Notes: a model not told the origin generated them from the sequence alone. DNA of 64,000 nucleotides from an uncultured Holdemanella sp. (GCF_934772795.1 NZ_CAKVMR010000003.1:831-64830), one strand, 5' to 3'; positions 32,259 through 43,198 are shown, numbered from the stretch's first letter. Numbers and translations are program-made.

Positions 32259-32659
32259 GTCAAACGGATATTGTAATTGAAGGTTTAGATGAATTTGAAA
32301 AGAAACTTGTACAAATCATTTCGCACGATTATCCGCACGAGTTTGAACAGATGGTCATTCAAGTTGCAAACGATCTTCAAGCTGCTACTGCTGATGCTAC
32401 TCCAGTACGCACGAGCCATCTTCAAGAAAATTGGTTTGTCGGAGAACTGGTCAAACGAGGGAACAACTATTACATCGAGGTATATAACAATGTTGAGTAT
32501 GCTGAACCTGTCGAGTATGGACATAGAACAAAAAGTGGTGGTTTTGTTGAAGGAGCTCATATGATGGAGATATCAGTTGAACTTTTAAAAATACAGTTAC
32601 CTTCTTATTTAAGAGACTGGTTGAGTGATTTTATAAATAAGCATGATCTAAATGATTAA
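32255..32659 (+). CDS. HK97 gp10-like neck protein
   Basis: TPVRTSHLQENW, NNVEYAEPVEYGHRT. Confidence 0.8.
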   Translation: MSQTDIVIEGLDEFEKKLVQIISHDYPHEFEQMVIQVANDLQAATADATPVRTSHLQENWFVGELVKRGNNYYIEVYNNVEYAEPVEYGHRTKSGGFVEGAHMMEISVELLKIQLPSYLRDWLSDFINKHDLND

Positions 32660-33107
32660 GATTACAGAAATTAAAACAGCCATAACCAGCCTTTTAAAAA
32701 AAGCGGAAAACATTGATGTATTTTTTACAAATGTCAGCAAAACAGATTCAAGTGTTGAAGAAAACCAAATTTATAAGTATTTCCATGTTTCTTTGATTCC
32801 AATCAGTACAGCGCTATTTGGAAAGTATTTAAGAGATAGAGCGTTGTTTGTTGATGTTGCTTATATCAATGATGAAGCAGATAGCAACACTTTCTATAAT
32901 TGGATGGAAACAATGGATCAAAACTTTTTGCCTTATGTTCAAATTGGCGAACGCTCAATCACAATTGAAAACAGTTCTTTTAAAATCGTGGACAATATAG
33001 GACATTACACTTTCACATTGAGGTTTAGAGATGTGATTGCGATTGATTATAAAGAGCAAGGTGTACTTGCAGAAAATCTAAACATTAACTTTGTACAGGA
33101 GGATTAA
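32652..33107 (+). CDS. putative tail terminator protein
   Basis: Synteny immediately before sheath. Confidence 0.6.
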   Translation: MIKITEIKTAITSLLKKAENIDVFFTNVSKTDSSVEENQIYKYFHVSLIPISTALFGKYLRDRALFVDVAYINDEADSNTFYNWMETMDQNFLPYVQIGERSITIENSSFKIVDNIGHYTFTLRFRDVIAIDYKEQGVLAENLNINFVQED

Positions 33108-33112
33108 ATTTT

Positions 33113-34174
33113 ATGAATTTACCACAAATTTTGATTGAGTTTAAAAGCAAAGCTCAATCTATTATTCAACGAAGCGAGCGTGGAGTTGTTGCAGTCATTC
33201 TAAAAGACAATACTGCAGGTGCGATTCCATTTAGTATTTATAAAAGTTTGAGTGATGTAGAATTTGAAAAAATGAGTGAGAAGAACTATCGCTATTTGAA
33301 ATTGATTTTTGATGGAGCACCATACAAAGTCATGGTTGCGGTAATTCCAGAAGAAGACAACAACTATAGTAAGGCATTAAAAGTTTTAGAAAACTATAAA
33401 TGGAACTATTTAGTTGTCCCATCCGCAAATGAAGAAAGCACTCCAGTTATTAGTTCATGGATTAAAGAGCAAAGAACTAATAACAAGAAAACATTTAAAG
33501 CAGTACTTGCCAATCATGCTGCGGATTGCGAAGGGATTATTAATTTCACAACTGGGAATATTGTTTCAACAATCACAGGAAATGAAGTGAAGCTAACAGC
33601 TGCTGAATATTGTGCTCGTATTGCTGGTATTGTTGCTGGGCTAAGTTTATCTCGAAGTTTAACATACTATGTTCTAACAGATATTATCTCAGCTGACATT
33701 CCTAGTAATCCTGAAGAATTAGTCAATAAAGGCGAATTGGTTATTTTGTTCGATGGAGAAAAATACAAAATCGCAAGAGGTATCAATAGTTATACTTCAG
33801 GGAACAATGAAGATCTTAAAAAGATTAAGGTTATTGAAAGTAAAGATACCGTCTATCAAGATATCAAGACTACATTTGAAGAAAAGTATGTGGGCAAGGT
33901 TATTAACGATTACGACAATAAACAAAATCTAGTAGCAGCGATTGTTACATATTTCAAAAGCATGGAAGGAGATGTATTAGATCGTACTTACAATAACAGT
34001 TGTGCAATTTCGCTCGAAGACCAACGCAGTTATTTATTAAGTCAAGGCGAAGATACTGAAGCTATGAGTGATATTGAAATTTTACAAGCCAATACAGGAA
34101 GTTTGGTTTTTTTAACTGCGGCAATCAAGTTTGTTGATGCAATGGAAGATTTAAAAATGGAAATCAATATGTAG
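33113..34174 (+). CDS. tail sheath protein (XkdK-like)
   Basis: RSERGVVAVIL, KIARGINS, KKIKVIE, FVDAMEDL. Confidence 0.88.
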   Translation: MNLPQILIEFKSKAQSIIQRSERGVVAVILKDNTAGAIPFSIYKSLSDVEFEKMSEKNYRYLKLIFDGAPYKVMVAVIPEEDNNYSKALKVLENYKWNYLVVPSANEESTPVISSWIKEQRTNNKKTFKAVLANHAADCEGIINFTTGNIVSTITGNEVKLTAAEYCARIAGIVAGLSLSRSLTYYVLTDIISADIPSNPEELVNKGELVILFDGEKYKIARGINSYTSGNNEDLKKIKVIESKDTVYQDIKTTFEEKYVGKVINDYDNKQNLVAAIVTYFKSMEGDVLDRTYNNSCAISLEDQRSYLLSQGEDTEAMSDIEILQANTGSLVFLTAAIKFVDAMEDLKMEINM

Positions 34175-34192
34175 GAATAGGAGGATACAACG

Positions 34193-34627
34193 ATGAGTAT
34201 AAGAGGAAACAAAGTCCTTTCAGGGACATGGGGTGAAATTTGGGTAGATGGTGTTCCAATTATCGAATTCAAAAAAATTGAAGCGAAAGTATCAGCCAAT
34301 CGAGAAGAAGTTCAGATGGGTATTGATATCGACAGCAAGATGACAGGCCTCAAAGGAGAAATCTCAATCACAATTAATAAAACATACAGCAATTACAATG
34401 ACGTTATGAAGAATTATGTTCAAGGTAAGGATGTACGTTCTCAAGTAATTGCAAAGTTAGCAGATCCTGATGCAGTGGACGCTCAACAAGAGCGCTGGTC
34501 ATTCGATAATGTATGGTGGAATGATATTCCATTATTCGTTGCCGAAAAAGGAGCGCTTATTGAAGAAGAATTAACTGGAGGCTTTACACCAAGCGATGCA
34601 GTTAACTTAGATACGATCAAACGATAA
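34193..34627 (+). CDS. tail tube protein (XkdM-like)
   Basis: SGTWGEIWVDG, KLADPDA; follows sheath. Confidence 0.85.
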   Translation: MSIRGNKVLSGTWGEIWVDGVPIIEFKKIEAKVSANREEVQMGIDIDSKMTGLKGEISITINKTYSNYNDVMKNYVQGKDVRSQVIAKLADPDAVDAQQERWSFDNVWWNDIPLFVAEKGALIEEELTGGFTPSDAVNLDTIKR

Positions 34628-34638
34628 GGAGGATTTAC

Positions 34639-35079
34639 ATGGAAAAGAAATCAACATTAGAAATATTTGCTGCGAAAGCTTCAGCAGCTATGAAAAGAAA
34701 AAAATCATTCGTGCAATACACTTTAAGCTTCCCTTCTTTTGAAAAGCTAGAAGATGAAAATGGTGAAGGACAACCGTTGGAAATTAAATTCAGAACTTTA
34801 TCCGATGCTGAAATCAATGATTGCTTGGCGTATGAAAGTGATGATCCAAACGGAGCAGATAAATATGCTATGTATATTGCGTCAGTTGAACCATCATTGA
34901 AAAAATTAGGCCAAGCCTTAAAAGAAGCTGGTGATATTGTTCATCCTATGGAAGTAATGGAAATGTTTGAACGACACGAAATTACGGAAGCTGCCATGAT
35001 CATCATGGAAAAATCAGGCGTACTAAGTAAAAACAAAGTTACAGTCGTTGATAAAGGACTAGAAAATTTAAAAAACTAA
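34639..35079 (+). CDS. tail assembly chaperone (XkdN-like)
   Basis: Between tube and tape measure; ends in slippery A AAA AAC TAA. Confidence 0.8.
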   Translation: MEKKSTLEIFAAKASAAMKRKKSFVQYTLSFPSFEKLEDENGEGQPLEIKFRTLSDAEINDCLAYESDDPNGADKYAMYIASVEPSLKKLGQALKEAGDIVHPMEVMEMFERHEITEAAMIIMEKSGVLSKNKVTVVDKGLENLKN

Positions 35080-35264
35080 TTCGAACTAATGGTGATTTTA
35101 ATCTGCTACATCATTATGTTCAATTAGGATGGAAAATAGAGGAGTTTGTAGAATTGCCGAATTACTACAAACTTTTTTATAAAGCTTCTATGGATGTAGC
35201 AATAGAAGATATGCAAAAAGTAGCGCAGATTAAGATTGGAGGTGGCAAGAATGGCAATTGTTGA
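35070..35264 (+). CDS. -1 frameshift extension of tail assembly chaperone
   Basis: Heptamer AAAAAAC at 35070-35076; -1 frame open (LIRTNGDFNLLHHYVQLGWKIEEF...) to TGA at 35262-35264. Confidence 0.7.
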   Translation, partial: KKLIRTNGDFNLLHHYVQLGWKIEEFVELPNYYKLFYKASMDVAIEDMQKVAQIKIGGGKNGNC

Positions 35265-37566
35265 AAAGATTAAGATTTCAGATGAAGGTATAGCAACGCT
35301 TAAAAAGTTGAAAGATGAGCATAAGACTTTCAAGGATGAAGTCAAATCAACAAGAGATGAGTTGAAAAAAGCATGGGATCATAAATATAAGCCAGCTATT
35401 GAAACAACATCAGCCATGAAATCAATTCGAGCCATGCAATCCAAAGCAAATGAATTTAAGAATAACCTAAAAGCGAGGTTTCATTTAGAAGATAATGCAG
35501 CTTTAATCAAGTTAAATAGTATTTATAAAAGGATGTTAAAACTATCAACAATGGCAGTTGCGCCGATTGTTAAAATTAGAGATCATGCATTATCAAAACT
35601 GAAATCTACAAATAAATTGTTTGATGGTCTAAAAAATAAAGTGGTTTCCCCTATTGTCAAGATTAAGGATAACTTCACTTCAAAGGCTAGTAAAATCAAA
35701 ACAGAAACAAAGTGGCTTTCAAAAACAGTTGCAAGACCAGCAGTGTTATTGAAGGACATGATAACCAGCAAGTTGTCTCCAATCAAGGTTGCTTTAAAGA
35801 CGTTAACCCAAAAAGCCTTTAAGGCAACGATAACAGCAGTCAATAAAACAGCTAGTGGTATATCTTCTGCTATGAAGGGTTTGGCTAAAATAGGAAAGAA
35901 ATTAGTTGTTCCTGTTACAGTAGTAGCTACAGGCACAGCTGCTGCACTTGGGGCTGCTGTCAAATCAGGAATGGCTTTAGAAAATCAACAAGTCAGCATT
36001 GAACATTTTATCGGGGCTACCAATAAAGACTATGGTGAATCACAGATAAAAGAAGCTGCAAAAACATTTACTAATCAGTTAAGACAAAATGCCAATGCGA
36101 CACCATTCGAAACTGGCGAAGTCATTCAAGCAGGAAGTCGTGCAGTAGCGATTACACAGGGGAACACGAAATCAGCAATGTCCTTGGTTCGGTTGGCAGA
36201 AGATATGGCGGCTGCTTCAGGTGGAACAAAATCAGTCAGTGATGCTATGGAAGCCTTAGCCGATGCGAAACTTGGAGAAATGGAACGTTTAAAGGAATTT
36301 GGCTTTAAAGTATCGGCTGATGAATTTAAACAAAAAGGGTTTGAAGGTGTTTCCAAAGATTTAGAAGACTTCTATGGAGGTGCTGCAGCCAAACTGGCTA
36401 CAACTGGTACAGGGTTATTATCTACAATTACTGGTAAGTTAAAGTCAGGAGTTGCTGATTTTGGATTGAATATTGTAGAACAACTAAAACCAGTCTTTAC
36501 AAACATTATCGGTTTGATTGATAAAGCGATGCCTTATGTCCAAGAGTTCGGGGTAAAGTTTGGTGAAGGCCTTGGAAAAGGAATTCAATATATATCATCA
36601 ATCATGCCATCGTTTATCAATGGTTTCAAAATGATGATGCCTGCAATCCAATCAATTATTTTAGGAGTTCAGCAGATGCTGCCACCAATTATGGCTTTTG
36701 GTGGAACGATTGTTACTACGATACAAAATGTAGTAATCAAGGCAACACCGATCATTGACCAGATTATTCAAGCGATTGCTCGTATCTTACCTGCAGTTCA
36801 GCCAATTTTTTCTACTCTCGTTACAACAATCGGAAACATAGTCACAACTGTATTGCCTCCACTTGGAACTGCTTTTTCAATGATTGCAGATGTTATCGTA
36901 GCGATAGCACCTATTATTTCAGATACATTCGCAGGAATCAGTGAGGTTGTAACGAATGCGATATCAGGTATTAGTTCGGTGATTCAAGGTGGACTTGATC
37001 TGATCAGTGCTATTTGGACAGGAAGCTGGCAAGGTGTCGTAGATGCCTTTGCATCAATCTTTGGTGGAATTGCTGAAATTTGTAAAGCTCCTATGAATGC
37101 AGTCATTGCGATTATCAATGGAGCAATTAGAGCAATTAATAGTATTTCAGTTGATATCCCTGCCTGGGTTCCAGGTGTTGGTGGTCAACACTGGGGATTA
37201 AACTTAGGGCAAATCCCATACCTTGCCAAAGGTGGTGTTGTCAACGAGGCAACAACAGCGGTCATTGGTGAAGCTGGTAAAGAAGTGGTTATGCCTCTTG
37301 AAAGAAATACAGGTTGGATTGGTCAGTTAGCAGGACAGATTATGAGTAGGATGGCTGGATTCAGTATCCAATTGCCTACTGTAGGTAAAGATATACCGAT
37401 GACTAATGGAAACGCTATGTTTCCAGCTTCTAGTGGAAAGACTTTATCAGTAGTCATTACGATTGCGAAACTTGCTGACAGTATCATAGTCAAAGAAAAA
37501 GATGATATTGATGATATTGCTGAAGAAGTTGCTGATAAGATTTTAGAAGTTGTTGAAAATTTATAG
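35251..37566 (+). CDS. tail tape measure protein
   Basis: Long Ala/Ile/Gly-rich ORF, ANATPFE motif, IPYLAKGG, GEAGKEVVMPL. Confidence 0.9.
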   Translation: MAIVEKIKISDEGIATLKKLKDEHKTFKDEVKSTRDELKKAWDHKYKPAIETTSAMKSIRAMQSKANEFKNNLKARFHLEDNAALIKLNSIYKRMLKLSTMAVAPIVKIRDHALSKLKSTNKLFDGLKNKVVSPIVKIKDNFTSKASKIKTETKWLSKTVARPAVLLKDMITSKLSPIKVALKTLTQKAFKATITAVNKTASGISSAMKGLAKIGKKLVVPVTVVATGTAAALGAAVKSGMALENQQVSIEHFIGATNKDYGESQIKEAAKTFTNQLRQNANATPFETGEVIQAGSRAVAITQGNTKSAMSLVRLAEDMAAASGGTKSVSDAMEALADAKLGEMERLKEFGFKVSADEFKQKGFEGVSKDLEDFYGGAAAKLATTGTGLLSTITGKLKSGVADFGLNIVEQLKPVFTNIIGLIDKAMPYVQEFGVKFGEGLGKGIQYISSIMPSFINGFKMMMPAIQSIILGVQQMLPPIMAFGGTIVTTIQNVVIKATPIIDQIIQAIARILPAVQPIFSTLVTTIGNIVTTVLPPLGTAFSMIADVIVAIAPIISDTFAGISEVVTNAISGISSVIQGGLDLISAIWTGSWQGVVDAFASIFGGIAEICKAPMNAVIAIINGAIRAINSISVDIPAWVPGVGGQHWGLNLGQIPYLAKGGVVNEATTAVIGEAGKEVVMPLERNTGWIGQLAGQIMSRMAGFSIQLPTVGKDIPMTNGNAMFPASSGKTLSVVITIAKLADSIIVKEKDDIDDIAEEVADKILEVVENL

Positions 37567-37579
37567 GAAGGAGATTTGC

Positions 37580-38290
37580 ATGAAAAGAAGAATAATTGAA
37601 TTGAATGTGAATAACCGACAGGAATTTTTAAAGCTATCAGTAAATCCAGCTTCTATTGTTTTTACCGATATGCAAAATAACCAGCAGATTAATTTGTTGG
37701 AAGTGGGAACTGCACTTCTTTTAGGGAACAGAGGCTTGATAACAACAACACTTGAGAGTTTCTTCCCTTCTGAAAGTTCCCCTTTTTATAAAAGATATGG
37801 AGGAGCTAGGACACCACAGGAGTGCAAGGCTCTTATTAAAAAATGGAAAGATAAAAATATGATTGTGCGCTTGATCATATCAGATATGGATATCAATTTA
37901 GCCATGGCAATCAATAACTTCACAACAACACATCGTGAAGGAGATAATGATATTTATTACAGTATTGAGTTAGTTGAATACAAGACTTTAAACGTCCCAA
38001 CCGTTAAGGTTTCGACCAAAGTGAAAAGTTCGATTCAAAGAAGACCTGCACCAACCGCTCCCACACAAGCCAAACCATCAGGTGGTTCATCTGCAGGAAG
38101 ATCATACACGATCAAAAGTGGTGATACTTTATGGGCGATTGCTACAAGATACTATGGTAATGGCGCTCAATATTCGAAGATATATAACGCTAATAGTGGA
38201 ACTATAGAGTCTGTAGCCCGAAGCCGAGGGTTTAGAAGCTCACAAAACGGACACTGGATTTTTCCAGGCACGAGTATAACGATTCCATAA
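37580..38290 (+). CDS. LysM-domain tail protein (XkdP-like)
   Basis: YTIKSGDTLWAIATRYYGNG..YSKIYNAN. Confidence 0.88.
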   Translation: MKRRIIELNVNNRQEFLKLSVNPASIVFTDMQNNQQINLLEVGTALLLGNRGLITTTLESFFPSESSPFYKRYGGARTPQECKALIKKWKDKNMIVRLIISDMDINLAMAINNFTTTHREGDNDIYYSIELVEYKTLNVPTVKVSTKVKSSIQRRPAPTAPTQAKPSGGSSAGRSYTIKSGDTLWAIATRYYGNGAQYSKIYNANSGTIESVARSRGFRSSQNGHWIFPGTSITIP

Positions 38291-39246
38291 TGCAATTATT
38301 AACAGGTGGAAAAGATATCATTGAGCTTGTAAGGGAGATAACATGGTCAGGCGATACAAAAGAAGTATCAAGAAAGCTCAATTTCGTAATTTATCAAAAC
38401 GACATAGATAAGTTAATGCCAGCAGTTTCTATCAACGAAGGAGATGACATCATCTTTAAGGATGATGCAGGAAAAGCTATCTTTGGTGGAGTTATTCATA
38501 AAAAAGATAGAAAAGCAGCAGAAAAGAGTTTCACTTTTCTAGCGTACGATTTACTGTTCTATGTCAATAAGTCAGAAATATCTAAGATATTCAATTCAAC
38601 TCCTGAAGCAATTACAAGATCTATTTGTAACGATCTTAATATTCCAGTTGGAAGTCTAGCTTCAACAAATGTTAAGGTTTATTATCCTTGTCTTGGGAAA
38701 ACCGCTTATGAAGCAATAATGATTGCTTATACACAAGCGGGCTATCAAACTGGAAATGTTTATATTCCTATCATGAAAGATATAAACAAATTGAGTATCA
38801 TCCAAAAAGGTCAGTATTCAAATGTGGTTTTAGAAGGTACGTACAATCTTGAAGATAGCACTTATTCAGTTACTTCTGAAAATGTAGTCAATAAAGTGGT
38901 GATTACCGATAAAGAAGGAAATGCCATCAGAACATTAGAAGATATTGACTCGATGAATAAGTATGGAACAATTCAAAAGGTTTATAAAACACAAGATGGA
39001 AAAGATTCCAACGTTGAGGCAAAAGCTCTCATGCATGGAATTGATAAAAATGGTTCTGTTCTAGCTTTAGGTGATGTTCGTGCAATATCAGGATATTCAG
39101 TGGCGGTACAAGAAAGTAAATCTGGACTATACGGTCTTTTTTATATTGAAAGTGATTCTCACACATTTATGGATGGGAAACACGAAATGTCACTCACATT
39201 AGCATTCGAAAATATGATGGATGAAAAGGAACTTCCTACATCCTAG
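38290..39246 (+). CDS. baseplate hub / tail protein (XkdQ-like)
   Basis: ITWSGD..EVSRKL, FYIESDSHTF; synteny. Confidence 0.8.
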   Translation: MQLLTGGKDIIELVREITWSGDTKEVSRKLNFVIYQNDIDKLMPAVSINEGDDIIFKDDAGKAIFGGVIHKKDRKAAEKSFTFLAYDLLFYVNKSEISKIFNSTPEAITRSICNDLNIPVGSLASTNVKVYYPCLGKTAYEAIMIAYTQAGYQTGNVYIPIMKDINKLSIIQKGQYSNVVLEGTYNLEDSTYSVTSENVVNKVVITDKEGNAIRTLEDIDSMNKYGTIQKVYKTQDGKDSNVEAKALMHGIDKNGSVLALGDVRAISGYSVAVQESKSGLYGLFYIESDSHTFMDGKHEMSLTLAFENMMDEKELPTS

Positions 39247-39258
39247 AAAGGAGCACCT

Positions 39259-39615
39259 ATGAAAAAAACAGATAGAAAAATAGTGAATTTAGTGAACGCA
39301 CTAAAGAGCAAATGTCAAAATAGCAACAATCTATATGTTGCTAAAGTAGTCAGTACTAGTCCGTTCAAGCTAAAACTGTATGATCAAATAATTACTGAAC
39401 ATATTTATGTCAATAATTCATTTTTAAAAACATCATCAAAAGCAATAGATTCCAATATTACTTGGGATATGAATCACAATTATGTTCCTAGCAGTTTACT
39501 TAGCTTTATAAGAAAGATGTTTAAAGCTGACCTATTAAATGCTGGTGATACTGTTATCGTTCTTTTAGATGGTGTTTCCTTTTATGTATTGGAAAGAGTT
39601 ACGAAGGTTGCATGA
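39259..39615 (+). CDS. DUF2577 / XkdR-like protein
   Basis: AKVVSTSPFKLKL, LNAGDTVIVL; synteny. Confidence 0.7.
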   Translation: MKKTDRKIVNLVNALKSKCQNSNNLYVAKVVSTSPFKLKLYDQIITEHIYVNNSFLKTSSKAIDSNITWDMNHNYVPSSLLSFIRKMFKADLLNAGDTVIVLLDGVSFYVLERVTKVA

Positions 39616-40070
39616 ACAATTCAATCTTTCCTTTTATCGATACAAGCAAGTACGAAGATGTTATTGAGAGTGATAAATTAGAAGAATTATGCGAGTATGC
39701 GTTTGATTTCAAAAATAATTGTCTTTTAGCGAACAGTGCGGGACAAAACTATTATGTATATCGAAACGAGGCTTTGAAAGTGTGGATATATAAGGCATTG
39801 ATGACTCCACGCTATCAGCATCTAGCCTATACGGAAGATTATGGAAATGAGATGTTTTCTATGATTTCTCAAGCGATAGACCAAGAAGTCATGCTTCTTG
39901 AATTGAAGAGATACATTACAGAGGCATTGATGTATAACCCTTATATTCAGGAATTGAATAGTTTTGAATTTGAAGTAAAAGGCTCGGAAGTGTTGATTCG
40001 ATTTACTGTAATTTCTATATATGGACAAATGCAGTATGAACAGATAATGAAAGAAGGTGTTGGACAATGA
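39612..40070 (+). CDS. DUF2634 / XkdS-like baseplate protein
   Basis: EALKVWIYKALMTPRY..LAY..DYGNE. Confidence 0.8.
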   Translation: MNNSIFPFIDTSKYEDVIESDKLEELCEYAFDFKNNCLLANSAGQNYYVYRNEALKVWIYKALMTPRYQHLAYTEDYGNEMFSMISQAIDQEVMLLELKRYITEALMYNPYIQELNSFEFEVKGSEVLIRFTVISIYGQMQYEQIMKEGVGQ

Positions 40071-41167
40071 AAAGAGATTATCAAGAAGTGATAGATGCTA
40101 TGAGTAATGGCGAATACACAGCTGAAGAAATCAAAAGTCGTATTAGATCATACTTGAATAATCCAGCATCTAAAATCGAAGGTTCATTCGCTATGGATAG
40201 CATACAGGCAGTAGCTCAGGAAATGGCAAGAGCTATCAACATGCGAATTATTGATTTTATTGATATGGCGATGCTAGACACAGCAGTATATGAATTTTTA
40301 GATCGAAAAGGATTGGATTATGGATTGGCAAGAAATCTAGCAACTGCATCTAGTGGTTATGTTAAATTCACTGGAGCACAAGGAACAATCATCCCAAAAG
40401 GAACGACCCTTTTGTCAGACACCTGTACGTTTACAACTGATTTTGAAGCGATCATCTCTTCTTCAGGAACAACTAGTGTTAGAGCAACATGTACAGAACT
40501 CGGAATTGCTGGAAACGTTCTAGCAGGTGCGATTACTGGAATTAGGGCTACAGAAGGAATTGATGGGGTACAAGTAACCAATGAAGAACCTTTTGAAGGT
40601 GGAACTGAAGAAGAAACGGATGATTCTTACCGAAAAAGGATTTACGAAAAGATACAAATGCCGATTGCTTCAGGAAATGCCAATTCTTATATATATTGGG
40701 CAAAACAGGTTTCAGGCGTTGGAAACGCTCGATGTATTCCTTTATGGAATGGAGCTGGGACTGTCAAGGTCGTAATTTTATCTTCAAACGGAACTGCCCC
40801 TGATGATACAGTGATAAAAAATGTTGCGGACTACATTGAAGCACAAAGACCGATAGGTGCTAAAGTAACAGTTTCAAAAGCTGAAGCAAAAGAAATTATT
40901 ATTGATTGCACAATTAAAGTTTCAGCTGGTTATAGGCTTGCTGATGTTCAAACAGAAGCCAATCGCATTATCCGTGAATATCTAACAGGAATTGCTTACG
41001 AGGAAGAAAGCAAAGTGTTATCTTACTTCAAGATAAGCGACTTGATATTTAACGTTGAAGGAGTTGCAGACGTCTTGGATTATACGGTTAACGGTAGGAA
41101 ACAATCCATCACGGCAGAAGCTGCAGAATTCTTTTCTCTATCGGAGATAACACTTCATGAGAATTGA
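40067..41167 (+). CDS. baseplate J-like protein (XkdT)
   Basis: GGTEEETDDSYRKR, SGNANSYIYWA, PLWNGAGTVKV. Confidence 0.9.
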   Translation: MKRDYQEVIDAMSNGEYTAEEIKSRIRSYLNNPASKIEGSFAMDSIQAVAQEMARAINMRIIDFIDMAMLDTAVYEFLDRKGLDYGLARNLATASSGYVKFTGAQGTIIPKGTTLLSDTCTFTTDFEAIISSSGTTSVRATCTELGIAGNVLAGAITGIRATEGIDGVQVTNEEPFEGGTEEETDDSYRKRIYEKIQMPIASGNANSYIYWAKQVSGVGNARCIPLWNGAGTVKVVILSSNGTAPDDTVIKNVADYIEAQRPIGAKVTVSKAEAKEIIIDCTIKVSAGYRLADVQTEANRIIREYLTGIAYEEESKVLSYFKISDLIFNVEGVADVLDYTVNGRKQSITAEAAEFFSLSEITLHEN

Positions 41168-42044
41168 TTCAGTTAACTATCTTCCTCAATTTATACTTGA
41201 TATTCCTGAAATGAAGGAACTTTTATATGCCGAACAAAAAGGCCTGGATGAGTTCTTTGACTATATTGAATTGATGCGGAATCAAACTTCGATCAGTACA
41301 GCCAGTATCTACCTTTCAAGATATGAGAAAATGTTCGGATTGAATGTCAGTCCTGCTCTTACCGATTCAGAAAGAATAGGAAGAATTCTTGCAAAGCTAA
41401 ATACAAGAACAAATTCAACTGTAGATGCCATCAAAACAGTTGTTTCATCTATTACTGAATGCGATACGGAAATAGAAGAATACTACGGTAAGTATGCTTT
41501 TATGATTGATGTCTTAAGAGATAACGACCAATTAATCAATATCGAAGATATCAAAGCAGCGGTGGAAATTATTAAACCAGCACATCTTGCTTTTACAGTT
41601 ATGATGTGCTGGAAATGGACAATCGGAATTAAAGTCAGTTCAACCATTTACAAAGTAGCTCATGATGTATGTGGTGGTCTTGGCAATGATTTTGATTATT
41701 GTGGAGAAACACCTGAACTAAGCTATATAGGAAAGATAGAAAAACCAGGAATACAAGTTCAAGCAAGAAATGAAAGTCATTCATTCCCTTATGTGTATAC
41801 AGGTCAATATCCAATAATTTCTACTTTAGGAAGTGTAGAGGATGGAGATATTAAAGTTAACGCGGTACATGAAACACATGGATATGATTATGACTTTACA
41901 TCTTTTGAAGCGGGGATAATCCCTCATATTTCAACGCTGGGCGTTGGTAATGAAGAGAACGGACAAATAAACGTGGATATAGAAAACTACGCCACACCGC
42001 TTTTATTTGTCCAAGAGGATGGCGATTATTGTGGCGAAGATTAG
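41157..42044 (+). CDS. DUF2313 / XkdU-like baseplate protein with C-terminal extension
   Basis: LSRYEKMFGL, IIKPAHL; follows baseplate J. Confidence 0.78.
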   Translation: MRIDSVNYLPQFILDIPEMKELLYAEQKGLDEFFDYIELMRNQTSISTASIYLSRYEKMFGLNVSPALTDSERIGRILAKLNTRTNSTVDAIKTVVSSITECDTEIEEYYGKYAFMIDVLRDNDQLINIEDIKAAVEIIKPAHLAFTVMMCWKWTIGIKVSSTIYKVAHDVCGGLGNDFDYCGETPELSYIGKIEKPGIQVQARNESHSFPYVYTGQYPIISTLGSVEDGDIKVNAVHETHGYDYDFTSFEAGIIPHISTLGVGNEENGQINVDIENYATPLLFVQEDGDYCGED

Positions 42045-42049
42045 GAGGT

Positions 42050-42364
42050 ATGGATATGCCATTTAGTACGAAAGCATTTAAAGGTTTGGTATCTCATGCA
42101 CATAGAGAAATTGTTTCAGCAAAGTATAAAATCCAAAATACCTATTATGAGGCAACGATTAACAGTATTGAAGAGAATGAATCGGAGTTAGTATTGCATT
42201 TACAATTTAACCCATCAATCAGTCAAGAAGTAACTGTATCTGAAATCGCCTTATATGACACATCAGGAGATCTATTTTATAAAAAGGCTGAAAACATTAA
42301 ATTCAATCCTTTGAATGAAGGAATTATTGTAAAGATAACGATTAATTTTATGGAGGTAAGCTAG
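42050..42364 (+). CDS. phage tail-associated hypothetical protein
   Basis: SD AGGAGG; synteny. Confidence 0.65.
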   Translation: MDMPFSTKAFKGLVSHAHREIVSAKYKIQNTYYEATINSIEENESELVLHLQFNPSISQEVTVSEIALYDTSGDLFYKKAENIKFNPLNEGIIVKITINFMEVS

Positions 42365-42365
42365 T

Positions 42366-42866
42366 ATGGGATTATTGTATAAAGCAACAAAATGGCTCGA
42401 TCACGTAACGCAATATCCAATGCGTAGACGAATTACAAACAATAAAGATGGAACTGCAGATATAGTTCGTGCAGAAGGTGATGTGATTCAACAAGGAACG
42501 CCAAGAAACGCTAAAAACTATAACAACATGGAAGAAGGGATTCTTGCAAATCAGATTCTTGCTCTGTTTTTGCAACAAGAAACGCTTCAGCTACAAAGAG
42601 CAGCTGCAGAAAATCATGGTGAATTTGGTGTAGTAACTATCAAAAATACAAATAAATATCCATTTTCATCTGGTTCGATAACAGTCCCAATTAAAGAAAA
42701 AAGGTCAAATCTTGATTATGTTGTTCAAATCGAAGTGTCGGAAACGGACGGGAATATTGAAACAATTGAAGTTTTTGACAAGCAGTTAAATGGATTTAAA
42801 TTGGCGTTTAAAGGCAGTGCAAAAAATGTGAAATTAAAATATAAAGTAACAGGAGGACGATATTAA
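42366..42866 (+). CDS. phage tail-fibre-associated hypothetical protein
   Basis: GDVIQQGTP.NAKNYNNMEEGI motif; synteny. Confidence 0.65.
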   Translation: MGLLYKATKWLDHVTQYPMRRRITNNKDGTADIVRAEGDVIQQGTPRNAKNYNNMEEGILANQILALFLQQETLQLQRAAAENHGEFGVVTIKNTNKYPFSSGSITVPIKEKRSNLDYVVQIEVSETDGNIETIEVFDKQLNGFKLAFKGSAKNVKLKYKVTGGRY

Positions 42867-43198
42867 TGAATGGTGTAAAGATAATCAATAAGAACGAAGG
42901 AACAAAGATTGACTATGAAATTATTGGAAATAAAATTATTTTCAATGATGAATTAATGTTGAATCTAGCTAAGTATGAACGTGATGATCCAATGCATATC
43001 GACATTTGCATGGATGAATTTGGATGTTTGCGCATGGGACTAGCTAATAATTATGTGGCTCAAATTGATATTTTAGCTAGAAAATACCAATTTGTAGAAG
43101 ATGGTGTGGATGAAGAAGGCCACACAAAATACAACAAGGTAGCAGTTCCTTTTGATATTAAAAATGTAGACATTACATTATGGGGGGTTGAAGAATAA
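42866..43198 (+). CDS. phage hypothetical protein
   Basis: Translationally coupled to neighbours. Confidence 0.65.
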   Translation: MNGVKIINKNEGTKIDYEIIGNKIIFNDELMLNLAKYERDDPMHIDICMDEFGCLRMGLANNYVAQIDILARKYQFVEDGVDEEGHTKYNKVAVPFDIKNVDITLWGVEE

